A stretch of 64,000 bases of DNA from Candidatus Poribacteria bacterium. GTDB lineage: Bacteria; Poribacteria; WGA-4E; WGA-3G. Below, in pieces: positions 63,773 through 64,000 of this stretch. Every line of letters starts with the position of its first letter. The first letter of the stretch is position 1. A program made the translations under genes and the position numbers. The notes below the pieces were generated by a model. It worked only from the letters and a program-made list of their open reading frames with translations. It was not told where the DNA came from and searched no databases. The stretch is from NCBI GenBank assembly GCA_965197475.1, contig CBDANF010000002.1, forward strand, positions 1,433,507-1,497,506, in the 5' to 3' direction.

Positions 63773-64000
63773 GTCATTTCCTCCTGATGTAAAAGTTATT
63801 TATCACTTTATTCATAGAAGCCGTGAAGGTGGAGTTTCTGCAATGGAAGCTTCATTGGTTTATACTTGTTGGTGGGATACCTCTTAATCTATGTGTATCG
63901 TTCTATAGAATTCATTTTAGTTTCCTCAACCTCAATTTAGTGGATGAGAAATACAAGTACAGCAATCCAAGGTAGGAACAGAACTCCGTCCCAAGTTGTA

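Overview
Bacterial chromosomal window with no rRNA, tRNA or CRISPR array seen. Gene content suggests Candidatus Poribacteria (inference): a WD40-cohesin-dockerin protein with an NYPNPFNPETWIPYQL tail, microcompartment genes, an archaeal-type phosphopantothenate synthetase and dense REP/MITE repeats. Housekeeping genes (ligA, argJ, moeA, a LpxL-like acyltransferase, an S41 protease, Mrp/ApbC, DppA, a MATE transporter) are interleaved with accessory DNA. Five features stand out. (1) An 11.3-kb array (19363-30711) of mosaic, shuffled genes for membrane-anchored and secreted proteins, whose repeated promoter has a poly-T tract that sets the -35/-10 spacer at 15 or 17 bp. (2) Two genes with in-frame TGA codons that look like selenocysteine: an uncharacterised lipoprotein with a SECIS-like hairpin behind a triplicated promoter, and a rhodanese with TGA at the catalytic Cys position. 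(3) A 2-kb element bounded by inverted repeats that encodes only two DUF1670-like paralogues and no recognisable transposase. (4) Two archaeal-type modules, XPB-like helicase plus DUF790 and phosphopantothenate synthetase. (5) Two tandem restriction-modification systems next to an IS3-associated rearrangement. All family assignments come from motif recognition by eye; no searches were run.
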